DNA from: Amphiscolops sp. MND2022 | Lineage: Eukaryota | Assembly: GCA_964187785.1 (NCBI GenBank) | Contig: OZ076410.1 | Location: 17,732,001 to 17,796,000, forward strand | Direction: 5' to 3' | DNA length: 64,000 nt | Shown here: positions 46,501-58,879 of the stretch, piece by piece | Layout of the letters: each line of letters starts with the position of its first letter | How positions within the stretch are numbered: position 1 is the stretch's first letter | The notes under the pieces: model-generated | Seen by the model: only the letters and a program-made list of their open reading frames with translations | Told to the model about the DNA's origin: nothing | The model's database searches: none | Made by a program: the position numbers and the translations under genes

Positions 46501-49500
46501 AAAAACCTGGCAAAACTGCAAAAATGCGCATCAAAATCCGACGGAGTAGAGGATCTTCCATTGCGGGTAGAACCATCTGCTTGTTAGAGAATAAAAGATC
46601 TGAAATATGCAAAAATTTGACCTTCAAAATACAGAAATCTGATCAAAAATACGGTTTTTTTCACAGCAAAATAAAAAAACCTGGCTAAACTGCAAAAATA
46701 CGCATCAAAATCCGACGGAGTAGAGGATCTTTAATTGCTGGGAGAACCATCTTCTTGTAAAAAAATAAAAGATCTGAAATATGCAAAAATTTGACCTTCA
46801 GGAAACGCTGTGCCGAAAAGCGTCCTTAATGCTACCCGGTCATTAAGGTAACCCAGACAACCAAAAAATATGAAAGAGACACGATTATAGAAAATCAACC
46901 AAGCTGCCGCCGCAATTCCAATTTTTCATACATGTCAGTTTTTCTCCCCCATCGATGGACCATCAATGGCCCATCGATGAGCCGTCCATGGGAAAACTTT
47001 TTTGGATCCAAACTATACCCATGGATGGCCCATGGGTGGACCATGCATGGCCATGCATGGGAGTCCATGGGATCTCATTACGGGCCCCATATATCACTCG
47101 TTACACTACCCAGGTTTTCGATCTTTGCGAATCTGTGCAGATCTGCAGAATTTTTCTGCAGGGTTCTGCATAGATCGTTGCACTGAATCTTGAAGATCCA
47201 TACAGATCTGCAGGATCTTTACATAAGTGTGCAGATTTTCTTTAAAGATTTCTGCAGAATTGTTTTTCTGCAGCTTCTAAGGAACCAATATACTGCATTT
47301 TTGGACTTCTTTAAGTACTTTATCAAGTATTTTAGCTGACCAAGGTTCAGTCAGTTGATACTCTCGATCGCTCGAAATTCTCGAGAAAGAAATTTTGTCC
47401 CCATCACGGTAATTTTGGTGAATGGAGAATGCGCCGTATTGGTTGTACACCGTAATTTATCCATTTCACTTGAACTTTCCAGAAGTGATTGTTGAACTTT
47501 GAGAGGCTCGTTTGCCATATTGACTTCCTTTTGACGGATGAAATTTGACATGTGGCAACCTTCTGGGTTGGTAGATGTGTTGATAAAATGTTGTTGTAAC
47601 AGGTCGGGAACATGGTTTGTTGGAGTAATTTTAGTAATTTGTGGTGACTCGGAATACGTTATAGTAATTTATTGGCCATTGTTTGGATCTGTAAAAAGCA
47701 CCATATTGAATATGCATAGACAAAAGATGAATGTCGGAACGGTTTTCAGGTCCCATCGAAAAGATTGTAAAGATCACATTTAATGAAATTTTTCATTTTA
47801 AGGAATATTTGATGAACCCAATGTATACCAACCAACTTGAAGCCTGTCGACACTACATCGAACGAGCTTTATTACGAACTATTTTAGTAACTCCTTTTTA
47901 TAGAAGAGCCATCACCCTCTAAGAGAACCAAATTCATAAATTTGCATGCAATTCCGAACATAAAACCATTTGGTACCATGTAATTCCATGTTTGGAAACG
48001 CCATAAAATGATCGTTGTTATTCCCTGAAAACGGAATTCTATGTTGCGTTGGGTCTGGGCAAACTCATAGCCAAAAATAGCCCTGCCTGCCCAACACAGT
48101 TTGGCATTTGAATTATTATCGAATGACGTCATCAAAGGGTCTTCTCAAGCACATATGCTTCTGCTAAGTCCAATTTATCTTTTTTTTTGAGTTTTTCCCT
48201 TTAAACAGTTCAAATCTCGCTAAAATATTAAACGATAGTTCAATAATTCAGAACCAAATTAATGCAACCCTATGACATGTATAATTGTATTTTAGTTTGT
48301 AGTTCACCCCACAACCATTAAAGTGCCAAAGAAAGCGGCGGCAGATTTTGTGATGCCAGAAGAAGTCAATCTTGAGATGCTTATCCAGTCATTCTACAAA
48401 GCCTATTACTCTTACGTCAGAGATATCATCTGCTGGGACTTGCCACTAGAATTCATCGAGTTCGCCAAACTGGTAAGCAAGCTAGGACACCGGTCGTTCC
48501 CGAAAATTAAGCATAATTCAAACAAACCCCACACATAGAGAAATCAAAATTCAAGTTTGAACTAGCGCTTCAATTTTCAAGATATTGAAATGACGTGGTC
48601 CAAAGGAACTTTCAAAGAGCGACGATATTCATTGTTCTCAAATATATGCATTTTTTGATCCTTAAGGAAGGGGCGTCAACTTAAACCGTTCCTAATTTGT
48701 TTTTTTTTTCGAATTTACGATGAGTTTATTTGTTTTTCGAAGGAATATGCATTCATTTGTTCCCGTCGTGTACAGACAAAAGCGCCCTAGACAAAGTGCC
48801 CCAGTAAAAAGTGCCACGCTAATTTCCGAGCTAATTCCCCGCTTTTAATTAAAACTAATTGGAGTAAATAATAATTCACTTGTAATGCCAGGTTTGAAAA
48901 TTTCACACATTACTTATCCCAATTGAGAACGAATCAAGCAGCTAATTTTGGCAATTTTGAAAAATTATATTATTTTTTTATTTAAACAAACTGATAATTA
49001 TTTAATTGGAGTGAATTTAGTGAAAAAAGAGCAGCAAATTCTCTGTACACTGATACTGCAGTTCTTAAGAAATTAATACATTTTGTTCAGAAATGACAAA
49101 ATTAGCAGTTTAAGTCGTTTTCAATTGGGATTTGTAAGAGGCGAAAGTTTCAAGCCGGGCATTACCAGTGAAAGTCATCCAAAAGCATTCACGTCAAAGC
49201 ATCCAAAATACACATTCAAAAGCACCCAAAATACATGTATACTCTGCCTTTGATTGGGGCGCTTTTGACTGTGTAATTTGGGTACTTTTTATCGGGGCGC
49301 TTTTGTCTGGTAACCGTTCGCGTACCTCGAGTTGATATTTCTGTGGTGTTTAGTGCCTATTGATTGAGAAGAGAGACAGATTCAAATATATCCGGATGCT
49401 GGAGGTCTGGAACTGTGGACTCTCTCCCAAGTGTGCCCTTCGTCTGTCGGAAACCCTCTCCCTCTCAAGACTCACGAGTCTTACTCTTGATGACAACGAG

Positions 49501-52500
49501 TGAGTGCGTTTTCACTAGTCACTTGTAATTCAGTTTCTCAAGACGAACACTTAAAAAATCATTATCTTTAGTATGAACACATATTATTTTCAATCATTGA
49601 GAATTTTCTAGAAAAGAAAAAATGACTGATTCATTCCAAAACTTTTAGTCGACATTTTGTACAAGGTTTGATTTCATTACAGAGTTTGTCAACATTTTTA
49701 GTCGGCGCTTTTCCAAGAAAAAACGCAGACTATAGTAGTGACTTTTCTTTTTTTAAGGCCAACGAAGTGACAGATTTTATAAGCTTTTATAAGCTGGTAT
49801 GTTCATTTGTTCATCTTCTTGGCCGACTAATTTGCAGACTCAAAGAAGCAGGAGAGCGTGGGTTTGAGTGTCGCATTAAACCAAAAATTTTTTAATGCTT
49901 CCAAAAGTAGAGGTGAGACCAAAGGATCCCCCGTTTGGGTTTTTTTCGGCACTATGCGACTTTTTTTCCGAAATTTTTTGGATTTTGTCAAAGGGTACCC
50001 CCTTGAGTTATTTGAAGATTTCGGTTTGTAAAAAACGTTTAATGAGCCTAAAGGGTCTCTTTTTGGGTTTTTCGGCATTACGCGACTTTTTTATCACATA
50101 CTTTTTTTGAAAAAAAATGTTTCCCAAGTGTTTCCATAAGTTGTTCCTTGAATATTTTTGAGCCTTAGATATGACGCTGACTTGGGCCGTTCCCAGCGCT
50201 TGTTTTGTTCTGTTTGAACTTTTCAAATTTCATCGGGTTTATAACTCTCACCAGTGATATCAGTTTTTGGAAAAAAACGTTCGCTAATTTTAAATAGTGC
50301 TTTTTGAGGAAATATGATGAAGAATTTTACATCGACTAGTTTTTTCCAGCGAACCGACCTGTATTAGCAGTCACCGACCGAAACAGCTTATAGAACGTCT
50401 GAACGAACAATTCTTCATTCTTTAGCCAAGCAGTTCGATGATATATGTGCTTTTTTGAGCCATAATCGGCCGCCAAGTCGGGCACTTCCCAACTTGTTTT
50501 TAGACGGCGCTTTCCGGAGAAAACGCAGACTATAGCACTGGTTTTTTTCAAGACCAACGACGTGACAGATTTTATAAGCTCTACAAGCTGTTGCTTTCAC
50601 TAACTGTACTTCCACACTAAACTCGTAACTTCTACTGCCACTTGGCATAGAGGTTAATTAAGATTTTCTTGAGGTCTACCAAGCAGGAGGACCTGAGTTC
50701 GAGTCTCGCTGTTGATCAAAGTTTTTTGTGCATGTTATTTCGGCTTTGTGAGACTTTTTTTGCAAATTTTTTTCATGTCTTCCCTTCAATTTTTTTATAT
50801 TTTGCAACAAAATGGATGTTCAAAAAATCCCAAAGAGCCCCCCTTGTACATTTTTCGGCATTATGCGACTTAATGGAAACTTCAAAAAAATCCAATTTTT
50901 TCCTCATTCGGGTACTGTAGAAGAGAATACTTGACAATTTGCAGTCCTTTTGCTATTTTTGAGCCTTAGATATGGCGCCGACTTGGGCCGTTCCCGGCTT
51001 GTTTCTTGTTTGGGAGATTCTGGATCCTTTGCTTCAGGATAGGGGACGAAGGAGTAATGGCCGTGTGCAGGGGACTGAGAAAAAATAGGTCCATCAAATT
51101 CCTCAGTCTATGTTTCTGTGGGGCCACTGAAATTAGCGGGAACCTCCTGGGTGAGGTTGCATCGACCACCAATTTAATGTGAGTATGAGACTTTGATCAT
51201 CATGGTAACATTTGCCAACCCCCCCCCCCCTCACATGGGAAAGAATCTCTTGAGAATCCACCCCCCGATATTATAACCGAATGGTGATTTAGAAGAGCTT
51301 GCATGTATGTAGAAATCACTTTCGACCAATCACAATTGAGAGTTCAATTCGTTTCTGCTATAAATTGTTTCCGCATTATTTTCAACACCTTTTCAAAACT
51401 ATGACATCTTTCCGCTCATTTTATGTTTGTTGTACACTCAGGGAACTGCTTTTGGATGGAAATGACTTAGGATGTGAGGGCTTCGTGGCTTTGATTGAGC
51501 CAATGGCTGAGCAAGCCGAGAATGACGCAATCAGTCGGAGAGCCGAGAAGGAGAAGAAGATGGCCGAAGAGGCTGCCGAGCAAGAGGCCAAGGCTAAGGA
51601 AGAAGGTATGAATGACGTCATCATTTTGATTTCAAACTTTTTGACAGTTCACAAGGTAACTTTAAAATTTACAATGCCCATTGCAATTTGGGTTGAATAG
51701 CATTCATCAAAAACCTGCCGCCTTCAAAAGAGAAAAACCATGCCAAGAAAACACATCGCCATTCTGACAAGTTCGACAGCTTTATGAGTTGAAAAGTTGT
51801 CAAAAATAATAACTTAAATTGAGGTTTAAGCACTTTTCCACGTCCTTTCAAAAATGTATTTCGAAAGAAGAAGCAAAACGTTGGCTTTCAAATTTCTAGA
51901 AGTTCAATTGTTTTCTTTTGCGACATTTTATGCAGACACGAAATTCTGCTTCTCAAAACGAACCTCATCATAAGCCTAAGGGTACTCGTACGAAACAAAT
52001 TGCTCGAATAAGGTTTTCTATTCAAAGAATGCCATCCAATTCCATCTAGAATTCCTAAATCTGTATGGAAATCAATGCAACATCCAACGATCATGTATGG
52101 CAAAACATGAAATCAGGATGGCAGATAAACACGGAAAACTTTATCATTATTCATGCTGAAAATGTCACACGCTTCTATCATAGAAATCACGGAGATTTTA
52201 CGATTTTTCAACAAAAAACACTCTATTCACGGGATTTTTTCATTACTTCAATAAAAGAAGGAGGAATTAACATGAAGATTTCATCGATTTTTCATTGCAT
52301 TTACATCAAGTCGTTGAATGTCTTCCGTCAGCATAAATACAAGAACCTACTTTCTACCGGGCAGAACGATACCACTAAGCTAGAGTTGAAGGATTTGCAT
52401 TTGCTTACGGCCGACAACAAAAAATTGACAGGGATCCGAACCTGAGGCCGCCCCGTGCAGACCCAAATCTATAACCACTGCACAATGCTCCTCCCTTTTT

Positions 52501-55500
52501 TATATTTTTTTCGTCTGGAACGTATCACTTGAACAAAATTACGACACTCCAATCTCTCTTTTTTCTTTTGCCTCATTTTAATACCACTTCAGTTTCAAAA
52601 TTTGTTCCAAGTTTTCCTCGCAAGAGATAGAACCGAAGAGTTGTGTTGATTATCTTGAGAAGCACCTGTTAAATGATGAAATCGTTCCTCTGTTGAATGT
52701 GAAAAATATGAGATAAACTGAAGCCTAGAATGAATCTCTAACAAACTTCAACTTGATAAAGTTACCCGAGTTGACAACGCAGGGAAATCCATCGGTGGCC
52801 TACGATCTTCCACCACAGTTCCATCGGTGGCCACCGATGGGCTATCGGTGGCCCACCGATGGACAACAGGTGGGCCACCGGAGGGCAGTCGATGAAAGGT
52901 CCCCAACGGTTGGTTAACTTAGTTGAAACTGCAGGAAAATTTTGCAAGCACAGGCATGCATGCACTGATCATTTTCGATAAATTTTGGAAAGTGGTAACG
53001 AGCAAGATCATTACCCGTGTTGGCCCTCTTACTAGCATCTTGGCTGTCTTGGCAAGATCTTGCCAAATTCTTACTACATCTTGGCAACCATGGATCCCAT
53101 GGCAAGATTCTTATTAAGATCTTACTAAGATAATACTTATTCCAAGATCGTATCTTATCACGATGGACAAAATTTTAAGATTATAAAAAACACTATACCT
53201 TCGGTACAAGCAGCCGAGACTCAATCTAAAGGCTCATTTCACCCAACAACGACTAGTTCTACTCGTTTTCATAATCAAAATGCTTAAACCTGCTGAAAAA
53301 TTTTGCATGCAAAAATGAGTGAAAAATTACGATAACGTAGTCTGGCTTCCAAAATTTTGACGAAAATCCGAAAAATTCCTCACCTGTTTAGGACTGAGAA
53401 ATGCGAATGTACCAAATGAAAGGTCATTTCAAAAGCTTTCCAAAACTTGTAATTTATCACTCCTGTCGATTTAAGAGAGGGAGAAATATGCTCTCAAACG
53501 TCCAGACCCACTATCTGAAAGTTACAGAGGAAAGACCTTAAAATCCGGAAATTTTTGTAAAATTCATATTTTCAGCTTTCTTAGAGCCTGTTTCAGCAGC
53601 CTTTTTACTGCTACAAAGGGCGGTCATTGCACTAATTTGGGTAATGATTCAGCTCGAGGCTTTCCTGACGCCGTTGTTGGCGACAGTTTTGCAATTGAAA
53701 GAACACTTTAACCAGCGTCTTCCCAGATAAATATCTCTTCAATCAAATTTTATACATTGCTAACAGAAGTTTTAATGTCTAACAATATAAATCTGCAGAA
53801 ATGTTGATTTTTATTGACTTCCTTTCAGATTTTTTCTTTCCAAATAGGATTTTACAATAAAAGTTTTAATGGAAACATGGCTCTCTTGAAAATATCTTAC
53901 CATGGCATCTTGCAATTCTTGGTAATATCTTGTCACGATCTTGGCTAAGATTTTTCCAAGATCTTGGCAAGATCTTGCCAAGATCTTACTAAGATATCCA
54001 TGGAGGGTCGACCCGGGTAGTAAAGTCTTACAGAACGAAGTGAAAACTAATTCATTAAAAAACACTGTTGGATAACTATTGAGGTCCATCAGAAAATCAA
54101 ATCAGAACCGCGGAATAATCCGTTTTCATAGTCTCGGTTGGCCAACTGAAATACAGTCCACTTTAGCAGGGCTACCAACGAGCAGGTGCATGGAAAAGCC
54201 CCATCCACAAGCAATCGAAAAGCAAGTTGATACATAAGTCACCGAGAAAAAAGATCTAAAATCACTCAAGAAAAACCGGAATTAGATCTAAAATGACTGG
54301 AAAAACACCAGCATAAGATCTAAAATAGCTAAAAAAACAACGGAATAAGATCTAAATCTATGAAAAACCACGGAATAAGATCTAAAATTACCGAAAAAGC
54401 ACTGGTATAACCCTAAAATTACAGAAAAAACCACTGGAATATCTAAAATGACCCAAAAATCACTGGAGTAAGATCTAAACTCAATGGATAACCAGTGAAA
54501 AATGTTTTTCGGACACGATCTGAAACTGCAAACAGGGTTTACAGATACTTCAGAACTGGTCCTGATAATTTTACCATTTTGTTTGGATTTGATGCGTCAA
54601 GGCCGCGAATAACGTCTAAATGCATTTCGTGTAGCGAATCATTCAGTTGCTAGAAATTTTGAACGAAATTTTCATTTTCGAATTTTTCGAAGTTTCCACC
54701 GATGGTGCATCGGTGGCCACCGGTGGGAAAGCCTCCACGTAAGCTAATTTTCCCTCACCGGTGGTGGGTTACCATGGGTTATCAGTACGGGTACGCATAT
54801 TTTCCACCATTTATGAAAAATATGTTGAAGGAATTGTTTTTGAACAAACAGAATGGTTTCTGATCTGAACTCATTGAAATGCATGAATTATCGACTGTCT
54901 GATGGAAACTTAAAACTATAGTGAAACAATTATTTTGGAATAATCGTGAATGAAATCTTGCTTATCATGGATGAATCACACAAGGATATTAGCCAGTTTT
55001 ATTTATGATTCGAGGTCTGGTCCAAAAATTCATTATTATGGGTGATGTTCCATTAAAAAACCATGACTCACTATCGTCCGATTTATTTGAAAAGAGCTCA
55101 TAACCTTTAAAATGAATATATGAACCTATAAATTTCACTTTTTCAAACCTACTCACTTTTCGACAGAATTACGTAAGAATGACTTTGGATTCTTCTTCGA
55201 ATCCTACTTCAAAGGTGGGCAAGAAACAGGTAAGCCCTAATGCATAATACGTTGAAACATCATCGATTTCTGTTCCCGCTGTGAAAATCATTCCAACATA
55301 TGTTATTCTTAACTAATCCACACTCCCAGTTTTACCCCAAAGGTCTTTCCACGTATTCTGGGCTCGAGAAGAGCTACATAGGTGCAAATTTGACAGGAAA
55401 TCTTTGTAAACTTTTCAACATGGATGCGATTGGATAATCAAAATGGACCATAAAAGATCAAATCTTGTGTTTCTGGAAACTAGAGTTTGTTAAAGTTAAT

Positions 55501-57780
55501 TCGAGGCCAAAATCGATTTTGTTGTTGTTATAGGTTTTGTGTTGATTTCCATGTTCACTTTTCTCACCTATCTTTCATTTATAAAACAATAGTCCGACTG
55601 TTTTATCCTGTTTTATTACCTCTTAATCATCACTCCATTTTGATCTTAAAACTTGAATCTCAAATCAGTTGATTCGAAGCTCATCTTTCAATCATTTTTT
55701 GTTCTTGATTTCAAAGGTTATGTGTTTGACCCAAAACAAATCACCACTTGATTGGATTAAGACTTCAATTTTTGTTATACAGCCCGTAGAATATAATCCG
55801 CTCAAGTATTTAGCAGTTTTGATGTTAAGGTTCAATGTTCATTTGTTCTAATTTCTTGAAATTGATACCATGAAACTTTTAATATTACATTGTAACTTCC
55901 AGCAGCAAAAGACCCAGAATCCCTGGACACATCGAAAGAGGATCGAACAAAAAGTGGCAAGAAAGGCAAAAAGAAAGGAGGGAAAAAAGGAAAAGGTTCG
56001 TTTACTTCCTTTTTATCAAATTCGAATTCTGAGATTGAAAATTACTTTTACTGATTGAAATTGCTGCATTGAATTAAATTAGAGTAATGTGATACTTTCG
56101 AAAACCGTTTCTGAAATAGAAGAGCTTCCGAAATAAAAGAGCTTCCGAACCTCCGGTGAATTAAAAAATTGGGAAAAACAGTCGCAGCGTGCCGAAAAAA
56201 ACGAAGAGTGACACCTAAAGAACCAAAAAGATTATTTTCTAAATTAAATTGAAAATATCAAAAATACCCCAAAGTGAAATTGAAATTGGTAAAATTGAAA
56301 AAAAACTATCGTACCGAAATGATATCGTACCGCGTTGAAAAAACCAAAAGAGAGACCCTTTTGTCTCATAAATGACAAAAGTGCGAAAACGGACACTTCG
56401 GATGCGTTGTTGATTTGCTATATTACGCTACATCTCCACCAGTCATTAATTTCTAGGAAACTTAATAAAAAACCATATAAAAAGTGATATCGGACTAAAA
56501 AAATCCCCATTGTAAGAGTCCTGCACTTTTTTACTTTTCTTCGAAAAACGCTGACTAATAAAAACAGTATTATTAAAAACAAGAACAAGCAACGGGATAT
56601 TTCCCGCCACACCAAAAAATGTGGAAAACCCACCAATACTTCTGAATAAAGCAAAAAAGTACAGTGAATGTGAGATATAACCGGTAACCTATTTCCTGGG
56701 AAAGCCGAAAAAATTTCAGGCTCTTTCCCGGGTTCGAACTGAACTGTCTGCCAGGCAGATGCACTGGGCCACGGTGACTAAAATATACACATACTACATG
56801 GAGTAATTGAGTGGAGACTTGGCAGAACTTCGAAAAAAAAACGATACACAGCTGGTGATTATCCTCCCTCTACACAAATTAATTTGTGAGGGCGGAAAAT
56901 GAGAAATAAAAATAAAAGAGTTTGAAATATTCACAGGTAAAAAAGGGGCGAAGAAGGAAGCTGCCCCCACCCAACCGGGACCCTACCTCTCGAAACTGCA
57001 CGTGTCGGACAATGGGATAGACCCCACAACCGCCACTGCCACGTGCGATTTGTTCGCTGTCGCCTCCTCTCTTTCCAGGTATCTGCTTCAACTTATTTGT
57101 GTAAATTTGTACATCAAGATAGCCCTACTTGAAAAAATTCACATTTTTTTGTAAAATTCCTACATATAAATTGTAAGATTTTGTTTACAAAAATTCGTTA
57201 TTTGAGATTATCTCTGTTAGGATCTATGATTGTGTTACAAGATTGTGTACGAATTTCATACGAATAGATGCAAATTTTGCAAAATGTTATCAGAATCTTG
57301 TGAAAAATGTTCGACATTGTAACATGCAAAGTTTGTCATTCTTGTACAAATGTTGTAATAAATGCATAATTGACAACAATTTCGACAGAATTTTGCAAAA
57401 TTTGTGATTTCCGAAAATAGGAAGTTACAGTTTATGCTGAGTTTCAGTTTATGTAGTCTTATGTAAAAGATACAAGAGTTCAACATGATTAGTTTTCTAT
57501 TAACTTTTGTTCTTGTTCAAGTCTTGCAATAATTTGTAAACCAAGCACAAAAACGCCAGTTTTATATGTTCATGGTTAGCTCGAAGTTTTTATTTTCACG
57601 CCTCTTTGATGATCAAATAATCTTAAAAATTATCAAATCTACAAAAATGTATGACACTCCGTAGTTTTTTCAGATGGCTCAAGGGATCTGGAATTTTGAA
57701 TGAAATCGACCTGAGCTATAACGAAATTGGGAACGCGGCTGCAAACATTGTGCAACAAGCTCTTCTCATCAGAAAAGAAG
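43426..57780 (+). CDS. Multi-exon RNI-like leucine-rich-repeat protein with two Lys/Gly-rich tracts; 3' end not found in window
   Basis: Exons 43426-43548, 45262-45360, 48296-48472, 49354-49499, 51038-51178, 51442-51605, 55903-55995, 56937-57078 and 57674-57780 join with compatible phases. LRR units: LTSLTLDDNEIGDEG, IKFLSLCFCG, LMELLLDGNDLGCEG, LSKLHVSDNGI, LNEIDLSYNEIGNAA. Confidence 0.85.
44019..44503 (-). mobile_element. Internally deleted hAT transposon retaining an 88-codon in-frame mini-ORF (44355 to 44089)
   Basis: N-terminus PVWDKF..KGKCKACN (half of a BED finger) is fused to ASSAGLERYFSTLG..RSSLGVEKAGKMAF (hAT C-terminal dimerisation motif). CAGGG/CCCTG ends; no matching TSD seen. 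Confidence 0.75.
45262..45360 (+). CDS. LRR gene exon 2 (AYEG..EVLLTR)
   Basis: CTGCAG acceptor, GTGAGT donor, 99 nt. Confidence 0.8.
45614..47110. mobile_element. TIR-type element(s) with clustered palindromic CCATCGATGG / CCATGG repeats at 45625-45770 and 46945-47090
   Basis: Many copies of the 10-bp palindrome occur in two clusters that bracket the 175-bp tandem array. Confidence 0.5.
46060..46800 (+). repeat. Tandem repeat, 174-175-bp unit, 4 full copies plus a partial
   Basis: ATGCAAAAA unit starts at 46083, 46257, 46432, 46607 and 46781. Confidence 0.95.
48296..48472 (+). CDS. LRR gene exon 3 (FVVHP..EFAKL)
   Basis: TTTTAG acceptor, GTAAGC donor, 177 nt. Confidence 0.8.
48770..49315. 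mobile_element. Fold-back MITE with CAGACAAAAGCGCCC termini
   Basis: Left CAGACAAAAGCGCCC (~48773) versus right GGGCGCTTTTGTCTG (~49296-49310); inner inverted repeat AATGCCAGGTTTGAAAATTTC / GAAAGTTTCAAGCCGGGCATT. Confidence 0.65.
49354..49499 (+). CDS. LRR gene exon 4 (CLLIEK..LTLDDN)
   Basis: TTTAG acceptor, GTGAGT donor, phase 0 to 2. Confidence 0.85.
49690..51001 (+). repeat. Local duplication (49690-50202 vs ~50500-51001), each copy ending in a family C terminus
   Basis: GGCGCTTT..AAAACGCAGACTATAG..CCAACGA.GTGACAGATTT.ATAAGCT occurs twice, each followed by the family C 3' end. Confidence 0.65.
50637..50715 (+). mobile_element. tRNA-derived SINE head (Pol III A/B boxes)
   Basis: A box TGGCATAGAGG (50643), B box GAGTTCGAGTC (50695); no complete cloverleaf. 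Confidence 0.5.
51038..51178 (+). CDS. LRR gene exon 5 (IGDEGV..STTNL)
   Basis: CTTCAG acceptor, GTGAGT donor, phase 2 to 2. Confidence 0.85.
51442..51605 (+). CDS. LRR gene exon 6 (ELLLDGNDLG..AKAKEE)
   Basis: CTCAG acceptor, GTATGA donor, phase 2 to 1. Confidence 0.85.
52427..52487 (-). mobile_element. tRNA-derived SINE head
   Basis: Minus strand TGTGCAGTGGTTA..AGGTTCGGATCCCTGTC. Confidence 0.5.
53014..54017. mobile_element. Nested TIR element, TA|CCCG..CGGG|TA ends with CAAGATCTTG subterminal repeats
   Basis: CCCGTGTTGGCCCTC versus CCCGGGTCGACCCTC (12/15); CTTGGCAAGATCTTGCCAAG clusters at both ends. Confidence 0.7.
54248..54482 (+). repeat. Degenerate tandem repeat (~31-bp unit, core AAGATCTAAAAT), about 7 copies
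   Basis: Recurrent AGATCTAAA; same core as 4548-4605. Confidence 0.75.
55903..55995 (+). CDS. LRR gene exon 7 (AKDPES..GKKGK)
   Basis: TTCCAG acceptor (tandem CAGCAG), GTTCGT donor, phase 1 to 1. Confidence 0.75.
56720..56779 (-). mobile_element. tRNA-derived SINE head
   Basis: Minus strand AGTCACCGTGGCCCAGTG..GTTCGAACCCGGG. Confidence 0.55.
56937..57078 (+). CDS. LRR gene exon 8 (KKGAKK..ASSLS)
   Basis: TCACAG acceptor, GTATCT donor, phase 1 to 2. Confidence 0.85.
57674..57780 (+). CDS. LRR gene exon 9 (WLKGSG..LIRKE)
   Basis: TTTTTCAG acceptor, GTACTG donor, phase 2 to 1. Confidence 0.85.
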
Positions 57781-58879
57781 GTACTGAAACTGATGTCACC
57801 CAAAGCGACGGGTTTACTTTCAGCATTTAAAACGAAGTTGCGTAAAAAAACCATTAGTTTACATGCACCAGGCTACTAAAAATTTAGAGACACACAATTT
57901 CCCTACCAGAAAATATCAGAGACTAATAGTGAATAAACACAAATCCTGTTGGTAGCTGGTTCGAGCCCTTGAGATCCAGCGTTGGTTCAAACGCAAAAAT
58001 AGCCTAGAAAGAGTTTGCCATAAAAAAGGAAGATATATGATCTAAGAATGAATTCTCTCAGCTTAGGAACCCAAAAAAATAAATCTTGTCACCAATGACA
58101 TAAAGTTGTCATATTTTGTTAGCGAGCATGTTTATTTGCCTTCGAATTTGTTTGTGTACAGTATTTTGGTATAATTCCTTGTGTTCTAAACAATTGCAAG
58201 CTTTCCGCAAATTCGTTTTGAACGACTTTTTTCGTTCAACAGTCTGTTATTCACAGCAACCATGGTCTAACATTTCATTATATTATACTGTACTAATATA
58301 TCCAAGGGTAATTGCCCCATTAGTTCTATGAATATTTCAACAATATGATACTCAAAAACGGAGAGAGGATATCAAAAACATATGAGACTCCTGTTTTTAG
58401 GAAAGGCATCCGCTACTGATCATAGATTTCTTCGGAACCCTTCGTTGCGATTTTCAATTTTCTCGTTTTCCAAACTTGTTTTCGCAGCTGTTCCGTGAAC
58501 GCAGATACCATAAGAAAACATTACTTTTGCTGTTATCTTGACAACACAAACCTTTTGTTAGGACTGTCAGGTTCAAGATTTTCGACGTTGTCAAAACGTA
58601 TTGACTTAGTAGGCGTTGAACGGGCTCTGGAATGAGTAGCTTACTGGTCAAAGTAGTCGATTTCGGAGGTTTCTCTTGTAGTAAATTTCAAGGCTTGTAA
58701 GATAGTCTTTTGGGAATGTGCGAAAAAAACTTTTTCCCCAACATTTTTTTTTCGTAAAGATGTCTCAAATTAATCTAACTCTCGAGTATTTTGGTTTATT
58801 GACAAAGAGGCTGATATACATGGTTCTCAGACATCATTTTCTCCTAATTCTACACTACGTACCCTCGGCAGTTCTTGGT

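Larger units (their letters stand above)
52765..54791. mobile_element. Non-autonomous TIR element, TA|CCCG..CGGG|TA ends with CCACCGATGG/CCATCGGTGG subterminal repeats
   Basis: Left CCCGAGTTGACAAC.. versus reverse complement of right end CCCGTACTGATAAC..; TA on both sides; repeat clusters at 52790-52885 and 54697-54765. Confidence 0.65.

Noticed and set aside
45400-47200. ORF-track entries such as MAHRWAINGPW.. and MDHQWPIDEP..
   Set aside because: Translations of palindromic CCATCGATGG repeats and the 175-bp tandem array, not genes.
47340-48140. Several 60-80 aa ORFs in LRR intron 2
   Set aside because: No consistent frame or recognisable motif; probably old TE sequence.
50637-50715. Functional tRNA genes at the A/B-box sites
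   Set aside because: No complete acceptor and anticodon stems; treated as SINE heads.
54160-54245. Possible extra LRR-gene exon between exons 6 and 7
   Set aside because: Lies inside a TIR element, has no convincing donor, and is not needed for phase continuity.
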